Assembly (NCBI GenBank): GCA_963818355.1
Contig: CAWFSB010000040.1
Location: 86,649 to 150,648 of the forward strand
DNA from: an uncultured Acidobacteriota bacterium
GTDB lineage: Bacteria > Acidobacteriota > Vicinamibacteria > Fen-336
Reading direction: 5' to 3'
Length of the DNA: 64,000 nucleotides
Shown here: one piece after another, positions 1 to 10,410 of the stretch
Position numbering within the stretch: the stretch's first letter is position 1
Layout: each line of letters starts with the position of its first letter
Position numbers and translations under genes: made by a program
The notes under the pieces: generated by a model
Seen by the model: the letters and a program-made list of their open reading frames with translations, nothing else
Databases searched by the model: none
Told to the model about the DNA's origin: nothing

Positions 1-414
1 CACGCTGGGGACGTGCACCCAGACGAACGGCGCGACCTCGAATCGTGGCGGCGTGGCGCCGAGGACGGCCTTCCCGAAGCTGGCGGCGGTGCGGTCGAGC
101 AGGATGACGCGCACCTCCCCGGGACGGGCCATCTCCCGTGCGTCGCCGCGGCGCCAGGAGATCGAGGCGCCCATCCTCCGGAGGAGAGACCGGGCCTCGT
201 CGCGGGCCACCGCCTCTGTCCCGACCCCGACCCCGGTCGAGTCCACCCAGACGAGGCGCAGGACGGGGGATGCCGCGAGCGGGGCGGAAGGGGCAGGCCG
301 CAGGCGCGCCCCCACGACGCTCTCGATGTCCAGGAGATAGGATTCGTCCGCCGTGGCGGCGCCCGCCACGAGCGAAGCCAGAGTCACGACGGCGACCGCG
401 AAACGTGTCGACAC
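1..414 (-). CDS. secreted hypothetical protein, N-terminal part only (continues past left edge)
   Basis: Not in the track because no stop lies in the window. Reverse strand from GTG at 414, preceded by a GGGGAGGGA SD-like run, reads VSTRFAVAVVTLASLVAGAATADESYLLDIESV... This is a signal-peptide-like N-terminus, and the frame stays open to position 1. Confidence 0.45.
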   Translation of the reverse strand, partial: MSTRFAVAVVTLASLVAGAATADESYLLDIESVVGARLRPAPSAPLAASPVLRLVWVDSTGVGVGTEAVARDEARSLLRRMGASISWRRGDAREMARPGEVRVILLDRTAASFGKAVLGATPPRFEVAPFVWVHVPSV

Positions 415-614
415 GCGTCCCTCCCCTCGCCCCTCGGCTGGCCACCGGGCCGGCCGCCCGCTCTCGTGTGCTCGGTCCTTGCGAGAGTGAACGTGCGCGG
501 GCCGCGCCCCGTTGCGTGAGTTGCGCGGAGATGAGGGCGAAGACGGGATGAGCCGGGAAGCCGCGCCGCGGCAACGGATTGCGGGCCGCGGTGAGGAGCG
601 GACGAGGGCGGGGG

Positions 615-2760
615 CTACTTCACGCCGGTGACGACGTGGAGCTCGGAGAGGCGGCGCATCACGTTGTAGGTCCACGCCCCGCCGTCTCCGGCCACCAGGA
701 CGCCCATGACGGCGAGAACCCCCGCCCGGTCGCGAGGGGCGAGCTCGGCCACCAGGGTGGCCCGGCCCGTGGCCGGGTCCACGCGCCACAGCGTCTCCGG
801 CAGGAGCTTCGACCGGTCCCGGAAATAGAGCCGCCCGCGCGCGTCCCAACCCACGGGCCACCAGCCCTTCTGCGCCCCGCGCACGGGCACGGACTCACCG
901 GTGCCAGTGTCGTAGGTGCAGGAGACGCCCTTCTCCGGGCACGAGGTCACGAAGTGCCCTCCGTCGGGCGAGAAGGTGTTCTGCATCAGGATGTACCCCT
1001 CGGGAAGGGGCAGCCGGCGCGGGGCCGCGCCCGCGATGTCCGTGAGCCATGTGGCTCGCTTGCCGGCCGCGTCGCGACCGGTGACGAAGATCCGGCCGTC
1101 ATTCCCGACGAAACCGGCCGCCTCGTGCGCCACGAGGCCGGGCACCCGGAGCTTGCGGTTCTCCCCCGGCCCCGTGGGGGTGAGGTCCACGGAGTCGGGC
1201 TGGCGGAGGCTGACGCTGAGCACCCAGCGCCCGTCGGGCGAGAGGGCCAGCGCGCGGCCGGACCCGACCCGGACGGGCAGCGAGCCGTCGGTCTTGCGCA
1301 GGAAGGTCGAGTAGTCCGCCCCTCCACCCTGGCCGCTCTCGTAGAAAAGGAGGGTGCCCCCGTCCGGGGCGATGCCCTCCGGCGCCGAAAAGTCCAGCCA
1401 CGAGAGGTCGCGGTCTTCCGGCTCGCCGGCCCGGCGGAACAGCATCTCCGAGCGCAGCGTCGCACGCTCGAGAAGCACGCGGCCGTCGGGGGCCAGGTCG
1501 TGGACGACGAGGCGTCCCATCCCCGAGAGCACGATGCGCACGCGACCGTCGAGGGACAGCGCCCGCACCGCGTTGTCCGCCCCGACCGGGGAGGCCGTGA
1601 ACCAGACTTCGCGGCCACCCGGCGCCCAGGCGATTCCGTCCAGGCTGGCCCACTCCTCCGACACCGCGACGCGCTTGCCGTCGCGGTCGAGGATCGCCAC
1701 CAGCCCCCGGTCGTCGTCCAGGATCGGGTGCTCGGCGATCGCCAGGTGGCTCCCGTCGGGCGACAGGCGCACCCGGCTGACCCTGGCGACCCGAGCCACG
1801 ACACGGCCCACGGGGAACTCCACCCGGTACCCTTCCTCCCCCGAGCGCACCACCGCGAAGTCGGATCCCCCTTTGGCCCAGTCGGCGGCGACGACGCCCT
1901 TGAGGACGTCCTTCGGCGGCCCGCCCGACAGCGGGGCCCGGGCCAGCACGCCGCCTCGAAGGAAGGCCACCTCCCCGGACGAAGAGACGGCCGCCACCGT
2001 GGCGTCGAGGATCTCGAGCGCCCGCGAGTCGCCCGGGTCCGAGCCCGCGACGTGCAGGCCCCGGCGTCCGCCGTCCCACGAGCCGGAGTACACGACCTGG
2101 CCGTCGGGCCCGAAGCGCGCGGCGCTGACGGAGCCGCGGTGGAACGTGATGCGCTGGAAGGCGGGCGGCTCGACGGGCGGCGAGCGGCGCGAGGAGAGCC
2201 ACTCCCGGGCGGCAATTGCCGCGGCCGCGAGGACGAGCGCGGCGGCCAGCGGCCACCACGCGCGGGCGCGCGCGACGGGCGGGGTCGCGGGGAGGGGTGG
2301 TGCCGGCGAGTCGGTGCGCGGTTCCGCCGCTCCCGAGCGCCCGGGGCTCGACCGGCACCGGCCGCGGCCACTCGCGCACCGTGGCGGGGGCCGTCACCTG
2401 CTCGACGGCGCCGCCCACCCACCGGTAGCCGCGCCGGGGCAGGGTCTCCAGGTAGCGAGGCGCATTCGCGTTGTCGCCGAGGGAGGAGCGTATCTGCCGG
2501 ACGCAGAAGTTGAGCGACTGCTCGAAGTCCACGAACGTGCCCGCGGGCCAGACCTCGGCCTGGATCTCCTCGCGGGTGACCACCTCGCCGGGGCGACAGG
2601 CCAGCAGGACGAGCACTTTGAAGGGCTGGGGCTGGAGGCGCACCGTGGTGCCGTTGCGGCGCAGCTCTCCGCTGCGCACGTCCAGCTCGAATGGCCCGAA
2701 GCGCAGCGAGAGAAGCTGCCCCTCTGCCGCGTCGTTCAAAGGGTTGGACGCTCGGTGCAT
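615..2760 (-). CDS. membrane-anchored transcriptional regulator: OmpR/CadC-type winged-helix domain + TM helix + TolB-like beta-propeller (frame broken near 2280)
   Basis: The N-terminus of ORF 1099..2760 (LSLRFGPFELDVRSGELRRNG..PFKVLVLLA..FCVRQIRSSLGD..YLETLPRRGYRW) is a trans_reg_C wHTH domain. The frame of ORF 615..2093, extended upstream, gives the TM helix ARWWPLAAALVLAAAAIAA and then repeated SPDG/DGR propeller blades. The two halves lie in different frames. Confidence 0.75.
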
Positions 2761-2802
2761 AATCGCCGGACTCCCCGGCGCTTAGAGGTCGCCTCATTGC
2801 CT

Positions 2803-4068
2803 ATGACGCATCCGAGGGCGTTTGCGTTCACTGCCGGCACGGTTTTTCTTTTCGCCTCCGTCCTGTCCAATGCGGAGGACGCGGCGCTCGAGCGCGCCCG
2901 GCGCGTGCTCGCCGCGCACCCGGTGATCGACGGGCACAACGACCTGCCCTGGGCGATCCGGGAGAACCCCGACGCCCCGCGCGACGTCGAGGCCTACGAC
3001 CTGCGCGCCCGCACGAAGGGGAACACCGACCTCGAGCGGCTGCGCGAGGGCGGGGTCGGTGGGCAGTTCTGGTCGGTGTACGTCCCCGCCGAGCTCCCGG
3101 CCGGCTTCGCCCGCACGCAGCTCGAGCAGATCGACATCGCCCGCCGGGTGATCGCCCGCTACCCGGACCACCTCGCCCTGGCGACCACGGCCGACGAGGT
3201 CGAGCGGGCCATGAAGGGCGGGCGCGTGGCCAGCCTCCTCGGCATGGAGGGCGGCCACGCGATCGAGAACTCGCTCGGAGCGCTCCGCGCGTACTTCGAC
3301 CTGGGCGTCCGGTACATGACCCTGACCCACGGGAAGACCCTCGACTGGGCCGATTCCGCCACCGACACCGCGCGCCACGGCGGCCTCACCCGCTTCGGCG
3401 AGGAGGTCGTGCGGGAGATGAACCGGCTGGGCATGCTCGTCGACCTCTCCCACGCCTCCGACGAGACGATGGACGACGCGCTGCGCGTCTCCGAGGCGCC
3501 GGTCATCTTCTCCCACTCCTCCGCCCGCGCCCTGTGCGACCACCCCCGCAACGTCCCCGACTCCGTGCTCGCGAAGATGAAGGCGAACGGGGGCGTCGTG
3601 ATGGTGACCTTCGTGAACGCGTTCGTGTCCCCGGAGTGGGCAAAGGTGAGCGGACCGCTCTGGAAGGAGTACGAGGAGCGCACGCGGGGCGTCGCGGACC
3701 CCGCGGAGCGGGAGCGGATCGGGAAGGAGATCGCCGCGCGCATGCCGAAGGTCCCGGTCACGATCGCCCAGGTGGCGGACCACGTCGACCACGTCCGCAA
3801 GGTCGCGGGGGCGGACCACGTGGGGCTCGGCGGCGACTTCGACGGCAACGACTCGTGGCCGGAGGGCCTCTCCGACGTGTCGGGCTACCCGCGCCTCCTC
3901 GCCGAGCTGGTGCGGCGCGGCTGGAGCGACGAGGACCTCGGCAAGCTCGCGAGCGGCAACGTCCTGCGGGCGATGCGGCAGGCCGAGCTGGTCGCGCAGC
4001 GGCTGGCCAAGGCACGCCCGGCCTCGACCGCCACCATCGAGTCGCTCGACGGCACAACGGGCCGGTAA
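2803..4068 (+). CDS. membrane (renal-type, peptidase M19) dipeptidase
   Basis: C-terminal 421 aa of ORF 1354..4068, starting at ATG 2803. It has a signal-like N-terminus and the motifs HPVIDGHNDLPW, GGQFWSVY, LLGMEGGH, MTLTHG, VDLSHAS, FSHSSARA and GLGGDFDG. Confidence 0.9.
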   Translation: MTHPRAFAFTAGTVFLFASVLSNAEDAALERARRVLAAHPVIDGHNDLPWAIRENPDAPRDVEAYDLRARTKGNTDLERLREGGVGGQFWSVYVPAELPAGFARTQLEQIDIARRVIARYPDHLALATTADEVERAMKGGRVASLLGMEGGHAIENSLGALRAYFDLGVRYMTLTHGKTLDWADSATDTARHGGLTRFGEEVVREMNRLGMLVDLSHASDETMDDALRVSEAPVIFSHSSARALCDHPRNVPDSVLAKMKANGGVVMVTFVNAFVSPEWAKVSGPLWKEYEERTRGVADPAERERIGKEIAARMPKVPVTIAQVADHVDHVRKVAGADHVGLGGDFDGNDSWPEGLSDVSGYPRLLAELVRRGWSDEDLGKLASGNVLRAMRQAELVAQRLAKARPASTATIESLDGTTGR

Positions 4069-4088
4069 GCGGGACCGGAACGACCGAT

Positions 4089-4241
4089 GTGTCATTCCGA
4101 GCGGGCACCGGCGGCTGCCGGTCGCCGATGGCAATGAACTTGTCACCCCGAGGAGCATCCGGGCCGGGCGACGAGGGGTCCGCCGGCGCCGGCGGATTCC
4201 TCGTCGCCTGGCACACGACCGTAGCTCCTCGGAATGACAGG
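4089..4241. repeat. composite palindromic repeat (family copy 1), bounded by TGTCATTCCGAG ... CTCGGAATGACA
   Basis: It contains TGTCATTCCGAGC, then CCGGTCGCCGATGGCAATGAAC, then TTGTCACCCCGAGGAGC..GGGCGACGAGGGGTCCGCC, then the inverted unit GGCGGATTCCTCGTCGCC..AGCTCCTCGGAATGACA. It lies directly after the dipeptidase stop codon. Confidence 0.85.
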
Positions 4242-4301
4242 GCCGGCGGCGAGGGCGCGTGGGCGGGGCCTTGGGATATAGTCGGGGACCCGGAGGCCGC
4301 C

Positions 4302-7072
4302 GTGGTGGAGACGACCCTGAAGACGCTCATCGAACGGTTCCGCAGCAAGCCCGAGTGGCAGCACGCCGACCCCGCCGTCCGCGCGGACGCCGTGCTCCGC
4401 CTGCCTTCCTCCGAGCACGAGGTCCTGCTCGCCCTCGCCCGGGAGGACGCCGACCCGCGCGTGCGCCGGGCCGCGGTGAAGAAGCTGTCGGACACGGCCG
4501 GGCTGGTCGAGATCGTCGCCTCCGAAGCGGACGCCGGCGTGCGGGACGAGGCGGAGGGCCGGCTGGCCCACGTCGCGGCGCACGAGCACGACGAGGCCGC
4601 GGCGAGGGCGGCGGTGGCCGGGCTGCGCGACGCGAAGCACCTCGCGGCCGTGGCGAAGGCCGCCCCCCTGGCGGCGACGCGGGAAGCCGCCATCCGCGCG
4701 ATCGCCGACCCCAGGTCCCTGGCCACGGTGGTCCGGGAGTCCGAGGACACCCCCACCCGGCTCCTCGCCCTCGGGCGGATCGAGGACGGCGCGACGCTGC
4801 TGGCCCTGGCCCTGAAGATCGAGCAGAAGTCGGTGGCCGTGGCCGCCGTGGACCGCCTGGTCGATCCCGAGGCCCTGAAGGCCGTGGCCCAGAAGGCCAA
4901 GGCGAGCGCGGCGGCCCGCCGTGCCCGCGCCCGGCTCGAGACCGGCGAGCCGGCGACCGCCGCGGCCGCGCCCCTCCCCGCCGCGACCGAGCACGACGAC
5001 GAGGCCGAGCGGCGCGCCTACGAGGAGGCCCGCGCCGCGCTCGAGCGCGAGGCCGCCGAGCGCACGCGGGCCAAGGACGCCCGCACGGCGCTCGCGGCGG
5101 CCGTCGACTCCGCCGAGGGCGAGGCGATCCCGCAGGCGATCGCGCACGCGCGTGAGGAGTGGGCGGGGATGGCACCCCTCGCCGAGGCCGATCGCGAGCG
5201 GCTCGACGGCCAGGTTTCCGCCGCCCTGGCGGCGGCCGAGAGACGACACGCCGCCTATCTCGCCGGCCTCTCGCGCCGGGAGGAGCTTCTGGCCCTCGTC
5301 CAGCAGGCGGAGGAGCTCGGCGGCCAGGAGCTCGGCGCCGCCCGCGCCGCCTTCCCGGCGCTCGACGCGAAGTGGCGCGAAGCCACGACCGGCGCCGACC
5401 TGCCCGACCTGCGGTCGCGGTTCGAGGCCGTCGCCGCCACCCTGCGCTCGCGGGGCCGCGCGGCCCGGGAGGAGCAGGCCCAGAAGGACCAGCAGCACCT
5501 CGACCAGCTCGTGCGGCTCGCCGGCCGGGCCGAGGCCCTCGTGGCCCGGGGGTCCGAGGTGTCCCTGCGCGACGCCGACCACGCGCTGCGCGAGATCCGG
5601 GAGGCCCTCGAGCACCCCGGGCACTTCCCGACCCGCAAGGACCGCGAGGCGGCCCTCGCCCGCCTCGACGCGGCGCGCAAGCACCTCTACCCGCTCCTGC
5701 AGCAGCTGCGCGAGGACGCGGAGTGGAAGCGCTGGGTGAACACCACCGTGCAGGAGGAGCTGTGCGCGAAGGCCGAGGCCCTCCTCGGGGAGGAGGACCT
5801 CGAGCGGGCCGCGAACACCCTGCGCGAGCTCGACGCCCGCTGGAAGCAGGCCAAGGAGGCCCCGAAGGACCAGGCGGAGGCCTTGTGGACGCGCTTCAAG
5901 GCGGCGCGCGACCAGGTCAAGTCGCGCACCGACGCCTTCTTCGCGAAGCAGGCCGAGGAGCTGGCGGGCAACCTGAAGAAGAAGGAGGCCCTGTGCGAGA
6001 GGGCCGAGGCCCTCTCCGAGTCCGCCGACTGGCTGAAGACCGCGGAGGAGCTGCGCAAGCTCCAGGCCGAGTGGAAGGAGATCGGGCCGGTGCCGCGCAC
6101 GGTGTCGCAGAGGGTGTGGGAGCGCTTCCGCAAGCCCTGCGACCACTTCTTCACCCGGTGGCAGGAGCACCGCAACCTGCGCAGCCACGAGTGGGCCGAC
6201 AACCTCGCGAAGAAGGAGGCCCTGTGCGAGAAGGCCGAGGCCCTCCGGGAGTCCACCGACTGGGAGGCCGGCACGGCCGAGCTCAAGCGCCTGCAGGCCG
6301 AGTGGCGCACGATCGGCGCGGTGAAGAAGGCCACGGTCCGAGGCGATCTGGCAGCGCTTCCGCGCCGCCTGCGACCACTTCTTCGACCGCTACAAGAACC
6401 GCGACGAGCACGCGCGGCAGGCCGCGCAGGACGCGCGGGAAACGATCTGCGCCGAGCTCGAGGCGCTCCTCCCCGCCGAGGGGGAGACCTCCGAGCCGCC
6501 CGCCGACCTCGTGGCGCGGCTGCAGGCGGCGCAGACGGCGTGGCGTCAGGCGGGCGGCCTGCCCCACGACCAGATGGCCGCGCTCGACGAGCGCTTCTCC
6601 GCGGTGCGCGACCGGCTCCTCCAGCTCTTCCCCCGCGCCTTCGAGGGCAGCGACCTCGACCCGGAGGCGAGCCGCCTCAAGGCCGAGAAGCTCGTCGTCC
6701 GCGTCGAGGGTCTCCTCGCGGAGCTCCTCCCGGGCGGCGGGGCGCCCCGGCCGCAGAACGCGGAGGAGCTCGCCGCGCGGCTGCGCGACGCGCTCGCCTC
6801 CAACACGATCGGCGGCCGCGAGGCGGTCGAGGCCAAGTGGCACTCGGCCTCGGTCGAGGTCGAGGCGGCACAGGCGGCGTGGAAGCGCCTCGGCCCGGTG
6901 CCAGGGGAGCGCGGGCCGCGACCTCTCGGCCCGCTTCGAGCACGCCTGCCGCCGCTTCTTCGAGCAGCGGCCGAAACCGAAGCCGGAGCGGGAGCGGCCG
7001 CGCGGAGACGGGTCGCGGCCCGGCGCCGGGCGCGGCCCTCGCCCGCGCTTCGACCGGCCGGACCGGCGCTAG
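4302..7072 (+). CDS. HEAT-repeat + DUF349-repeat coiled-coil protein (two frame breaks, near 6340 and 6910)
   Basis: GTG 4302 follows a GGAGG SD. The N-terminus has HEAT-like DPxVR repeats (DPAVRADAV, DPRVRRAAVKKL). Repeated DUF349 units follow (W..IGPVPR..S..VWERFRKPCDHFF, LWTRFKAARDQV). The sense reading passes from the frame of ORF 3534..9641 to that of 6511..8097 (SEAIWQRFRAACDHFFDRY) and then to the tail of 5159..7072 (DLSARFEHACRRFFEQR). Confidence 0.75.
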
Positions 7073-7084
7073 CGGGCGCCTCCC

Positions 7085-8206
7085 GTGCCGGCGCGTCGGG
7101 TGGCCCCGGGCGACGTCCTCGAGCTCTTCGTTCTCGCTCCCGTTCCCTCGTCCGACGCCGCGTCGATCCTCGCCACGTTCCGCAACGCGCGCGTCCTGGT
7201 CCCCTTCCCGCGGCGGGGCGGCGAGGCCGGGGCCCGCTGGCAGCGCATCATCCGCGCCCACGAGCGCACGCTCGCCGTCCTGGAGGGCCGGGCGCGCTCT
7301 GGAGCGCTCCCCTCCGGGAAGGGCCTGCGCGAGCTCGGGCGGGACCTCTTCGAGGTGCTCTTCCCCGGCGACGTGCGGCGCCTGTACGACACCGCCCGGG
7401 CGCTGCGCAAGCACGAATCGCTCGACGTCGTCTTCACCTCGATGCTCGACTGGGTGGCGGACAAGCCGTGGGAGCTCGCCTTCGACCCCTCGCGCCGCGA
7501 GTTCCTCGCCACGTCCTCCGTCAACTTCGTCCGCAACGCCTTCACCGCCGTCCCCGCGGACGCGCTCCCCCGCGGCCGGGGCCGGCTGCGCATCCTGGCC
7601 GTCGTCGCGCAGCCACGCGGGGCGGCGCCCCTCGACACGAAGACCGAGACGACCGACCTGCGCCAGGCGTTCCGCGCCCTCGTGGACGCCGGCCGCGCCA
7701 CGATCGAGGTCCTGGCGAAGGCGACCGCGGGCCGCCTGCAGCGCCGACTCGCCGCGGGAGGGGTCGACGTCCTGCACTACGTCGGCCACGGCGACTTCGA
7801 CGAGCGGGAGCGCGAGGGGTCGCTCCTCCTCGAGGACGATCGGGGGCGGCCCAGGCCCCTGGGCACCGATGCGCTCCGCCAGGTCCTGTGCGGGCGCTCT
7901 CTGCGCCTCGTCTTCCTCAACGCGTGCGAGACCGGGCGCGGAGGCCGCGTGGAGTGGAACCGCGGACTGGCGCCCGCGCTCGTCGCCGCCGGGATCCCCG
8001 CCGTCGTCGCCAACCAGTACCCGGTCGAGGACGCGGCGGCCACCGCCTTCGCCCGCGAGCTCTACGCCCAGCTCGCGGCCGGGAGCGCCCTCGGTGACGC
8101 GGCGCGCGAAGCGCGGGTCGCAGTGGGCCGCGAGCACGGGACCTCCTCGCTCGGCTGGGCCGTGCCCGTCGTCTTCGCCCGCGACCCGCGCGAGCCGCTG
8201 CGGTGA
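7085..8206 (+). CDS. stand-alone CHAT-domain (caspase-fold) protease
   Basis: ORF 7085..8206. It has DKPWELAFDP, a His motif VLHYVGHGDF and a Cys motif LVFLNACETG. No TPR or other partner domain is present. Confidence 0.75.
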   Translation: MPARRVAPGDVLELFVLAPVPSSDAASILATFRNARVLVPFPRRGGEAGARWQRIIRAHERTLAVLEGRARSGALPSGKGLRELGRDLFEVLFPGDVRRLYDTARALRKHESLDVVFTSMLDWVADKPWELAFDPSRREFLATSSVNFVRNAFTAVPADALPRGRGRLRILAVVAQPRGAAPLDTKTETTDLRQAFRALVDAGRATIEVLAKATAGRLQRRLAAGGVDVLHYVGHGDFDEREREGSLLLEDDRGRPRPLGTDALRQVLCGRSLRLVFLNACETGRGGRVEWNRGLAPALVAAGIPAVVANQYPVEDAAATAFARELYAQLAAGSALGDAAREARVAVGREHGTSSLGWAVPVVFARDPREPLR

Positions 8207-9541
8207 GGCGCGCCCTCCTCGGCCCCGTTCTGCTGGCCCTCGCGCTGCGCCTCGTCGCCATCCTCGCCACCGACCGGGTCGTGGCGGACGTCGAGCGCTA
8301 CGAGCGCGTGGCGGCCCACCTCCTGGACGTCTCGTGGAACCCCTACGAGACGAAGCGGCTCTACCCCTATCCCCCGCCGTGGGCGGCGGTGGAGGCGGCG
8401 GCCGAGTGGCTCGCCCGCCGCGGGACGGGCTCGTTTCCGGTGAACGTCAAGCTCCCCGTCCTCGCGGCCGACCTCCTGCTGGTCGCGCTCCTCGCCGCGG
8501 CCGCCGGCGCCGGGCGCGCCTCGCCGCTGGCGCCGTGGCTCTACGCCGCCCACCCCGTGAGCCTGCTCGTCGGCGGCGTGCACGGTCAGTTCGACGCCAT
8601 CCCGCTCTTCTTCCTCCTGCTGGCGACGGAGGCGCTCGCCCGGGGAAGGCGCGACGCCTCGGCGCTCGCCCTCGCGGCGGCGATCGCCTCGAAGTCCTTC
8701 CCGGTGCTGGCACTCCCCTTCCTGGCGTTCGGGACACGCGAGTCGTGGCGCTCCGCCGCGCGCTACGTCGCGCTCGCCCTCGCGCCGGGCGCGCTCCTGC
8801 TCCTGCCGTTCGCGATCGCCGACCTCGGCGCCCTGCGACGCGAGCTCTTCGCCTACGGCGGCATCGCGGACTTCGGCTGGACCGGCGTCCTGCGCGGGGC
8901 CGAGTGGCTGGCGACGGGTGCTCTGCCGCGCAGCGAAGCGCGCTTCTGGCCGGTGTCCTCCTTCCTCTCGAAGGCGCTCTTCCTGGCGGCCTGGGCGGGA
9001 CTCGTCGTCGCGGTGAGGTCCGGACGGCTGCGGCTCGGCCCGGAGCGCGCGATCCTCGCCACGCTGCTGGCCTTCTCCACGCTCTACGGACTCCTGAGCG
9101 CGCAGTACCTGCTGTGGGCGGTGCCCTTCGGTCTGCTGTGGACCGGCGGGCCGGCGGATTCCTCGTCGCCCGGCCAGATGCCAGCGAACTCGTCATTCCG
9201 AGGGACTTCGATCGGACGGGTCCCGAGGGATCCGCCAGGATCGCGGAGCCCTCTCGCTGCCCGCCGGGGATGCCATGGCTCGGCGCTGCCCGCTCCACGC
9301 CGCGGCGGCGACCGCGGGGCTCGTCGGCTTCTATCTCTTCCTCGCCCCCGGCACCCTGCTCCCCGCACCCCTCGAAGCAGGGGCGGCCCTCCTGGCCGGG
9401 CGCCTGTGGCTCGGCGGCGCGGCCGCGACGCTCGCGGCATCCGGCTTCTGGCTCGCCACGGTGGTGCGCGAGGGTTGGGACGGGGGCTTGCGGGCCGCCA
9501 CGGACGCGAGCGATCGCCCGTCGATCTCGCCCTCCCGCTGA
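8203..9541 (+). CDS. polytopic GT-C-fold membrane glycosyltransferase (DUF2029/GT87-like), C-terminus interrupted by a repeat copy
   Basis: GTG 8203 overlaps the CHAT stop (GTGA). The protein is multi-TM, with LYPYPPPWAAVEAAAEW in the first loop. The hydrophobic reading is lost at about 9145, where the repeat begins, and resumes in another frame as ORF 9275..9541 (AGLVGFYLFLAPGTLL..GFWLATVV). Confidence 0.5.
9150..9240. repeat. repeat family copy 2 (inverted half-unit + forward unit)
   Basis: GGCGGATTCCTCGTCGCCCGG ... CGTCATTCCGAGGGAC TTCGATCGGAC GGGTCCCGAGGGATCCGCC. Confidence 0.8.
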
Positions 9542-10341
9542 CGCAGCACCTCGAGCGGGGCCACGAGCCGCGGCAGCTCACCCGGCTCGAGGAGGTGGTG
9601 GGGGTTCGTCGGCCGGCCACGCTTCGCCTGCTCCGCCGTGAAGGTCTCGTACAGCAGGACCCCGCCGGGCTTCAGCGCGCGGACGAGCGCGGGGACGAGC
9701 GGCCGGTGGAGGTAGTTGAAGACGAGCACCAGCTCCCACTCCTCCTCGCCGAGGTCCACCGCGGCGTCCTCGAGATCCACGACCTCGGCGTCGAGCGGTA
9801 GCTGGAGGCGACGAGCCAGCGCGTTCAGCCACGCGACCTGCCCGGCGTCGCGGTCCACCGCGCGCACCGGGAAGCCGGCGCCGGCCAGGAGAAGCGCGTG
9901 CCGGCCGCGGCCGCAGGCCACGTCCAGCGTGCGGGCCCCACGGGGGGCGAGGTGCACGTTCGACAGGAGCCACGGCGAGGGGCCGCTGATCGGCGAGGGC
10001 TCGTGCACGCGCGGCCCCGTCCAGCGGGACATCCCGCCCGCCATGTTGCACGCCGCGACCCCGGCCTCCGCGAGCAGCGCCGCGGCCTGGCGCGACCGCA
10101 CGCCGTGCTCGCAGACGACCACGACCGGCCGGCCGTCGTCCGGGACGACCGCGGGGGCGACGGCCGCGAGCTCCACCGGCAGGAGGAGAGCGCCGGGGAT
10201 GTGGCCGAGCTCCTCGTGCTCGCGGGGCGTGCGCACGTCGAGGACGACCGCCCCGAGCGCCAGCAGGCGCTCGGCCTCCTCGGGCGACACGTTCTGGTAC
10301 GGGCGGGGCCCGCGATCTATAGTGACGGGAAGCGTGGGCAA
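9331..10341 (-). CDS. rhodanese domain - class I SAM-dependent methyltransferase fusion protein
   Basis: ORF 9331..10341. The rhodanese part has VLDVRTPREHEELGHIPGA and the active-site loop CEHGVRS. The methyltransferase part has LDVACGRGRHALLLA and LKPGGVLLYETF. The last ~60 aa are low-complexity and antisense to the TM-like ORF 9275..9541, so the true stop is uncertain. Confidence 0.7.
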   Translation of the reverse strand: MPTLPVTIDRGPRPYQNVSPEEAERLLALGAVVLDVRTPREHEELGHIPGALLLPVELAAVAPAVVPDDGRPVVVVCEHGVRSRQAAALLAEAGVAACNMAGGMSRWTGPRVHEPSPISGPSPWLLSNVHLAPRGARTLDVACGRGRHALLLAGAGFPVRAVDRDAGQVAWLNALARRLQLPLDAEVVDLEDAAVDLGEEEWELVLVFNYLHRPLVPALVRALKPGGVLLYETFTAEQAKRGRPTNPHHLLEPGELPRLVAPLEVLRQREGEIDGRSLASVAARKPPSQPSRTTVASQKPDAASVAAAPPSHRRPARRAAPASRGAGSRVPGARKR

Positions 10342-10410
10342 GGCGGGTCATGATAGGGCCCGCGCGGAAGGGGGACGAGTGCGCGGGATCACCTCGGCGG
10401 CGCGCGGGGC

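Noticed and set aside
3534-9641. 2035-aa ORF, the longest on the plus strand in the left part
   Set aside because: Only the 4302-6340 portion reads as real protein (HEAT/DUF349). The rest is Arg/Pro/Gly/Ala-rich read-through of other genes' alternative frames, as expected at >70% GC where stop codons are rare.
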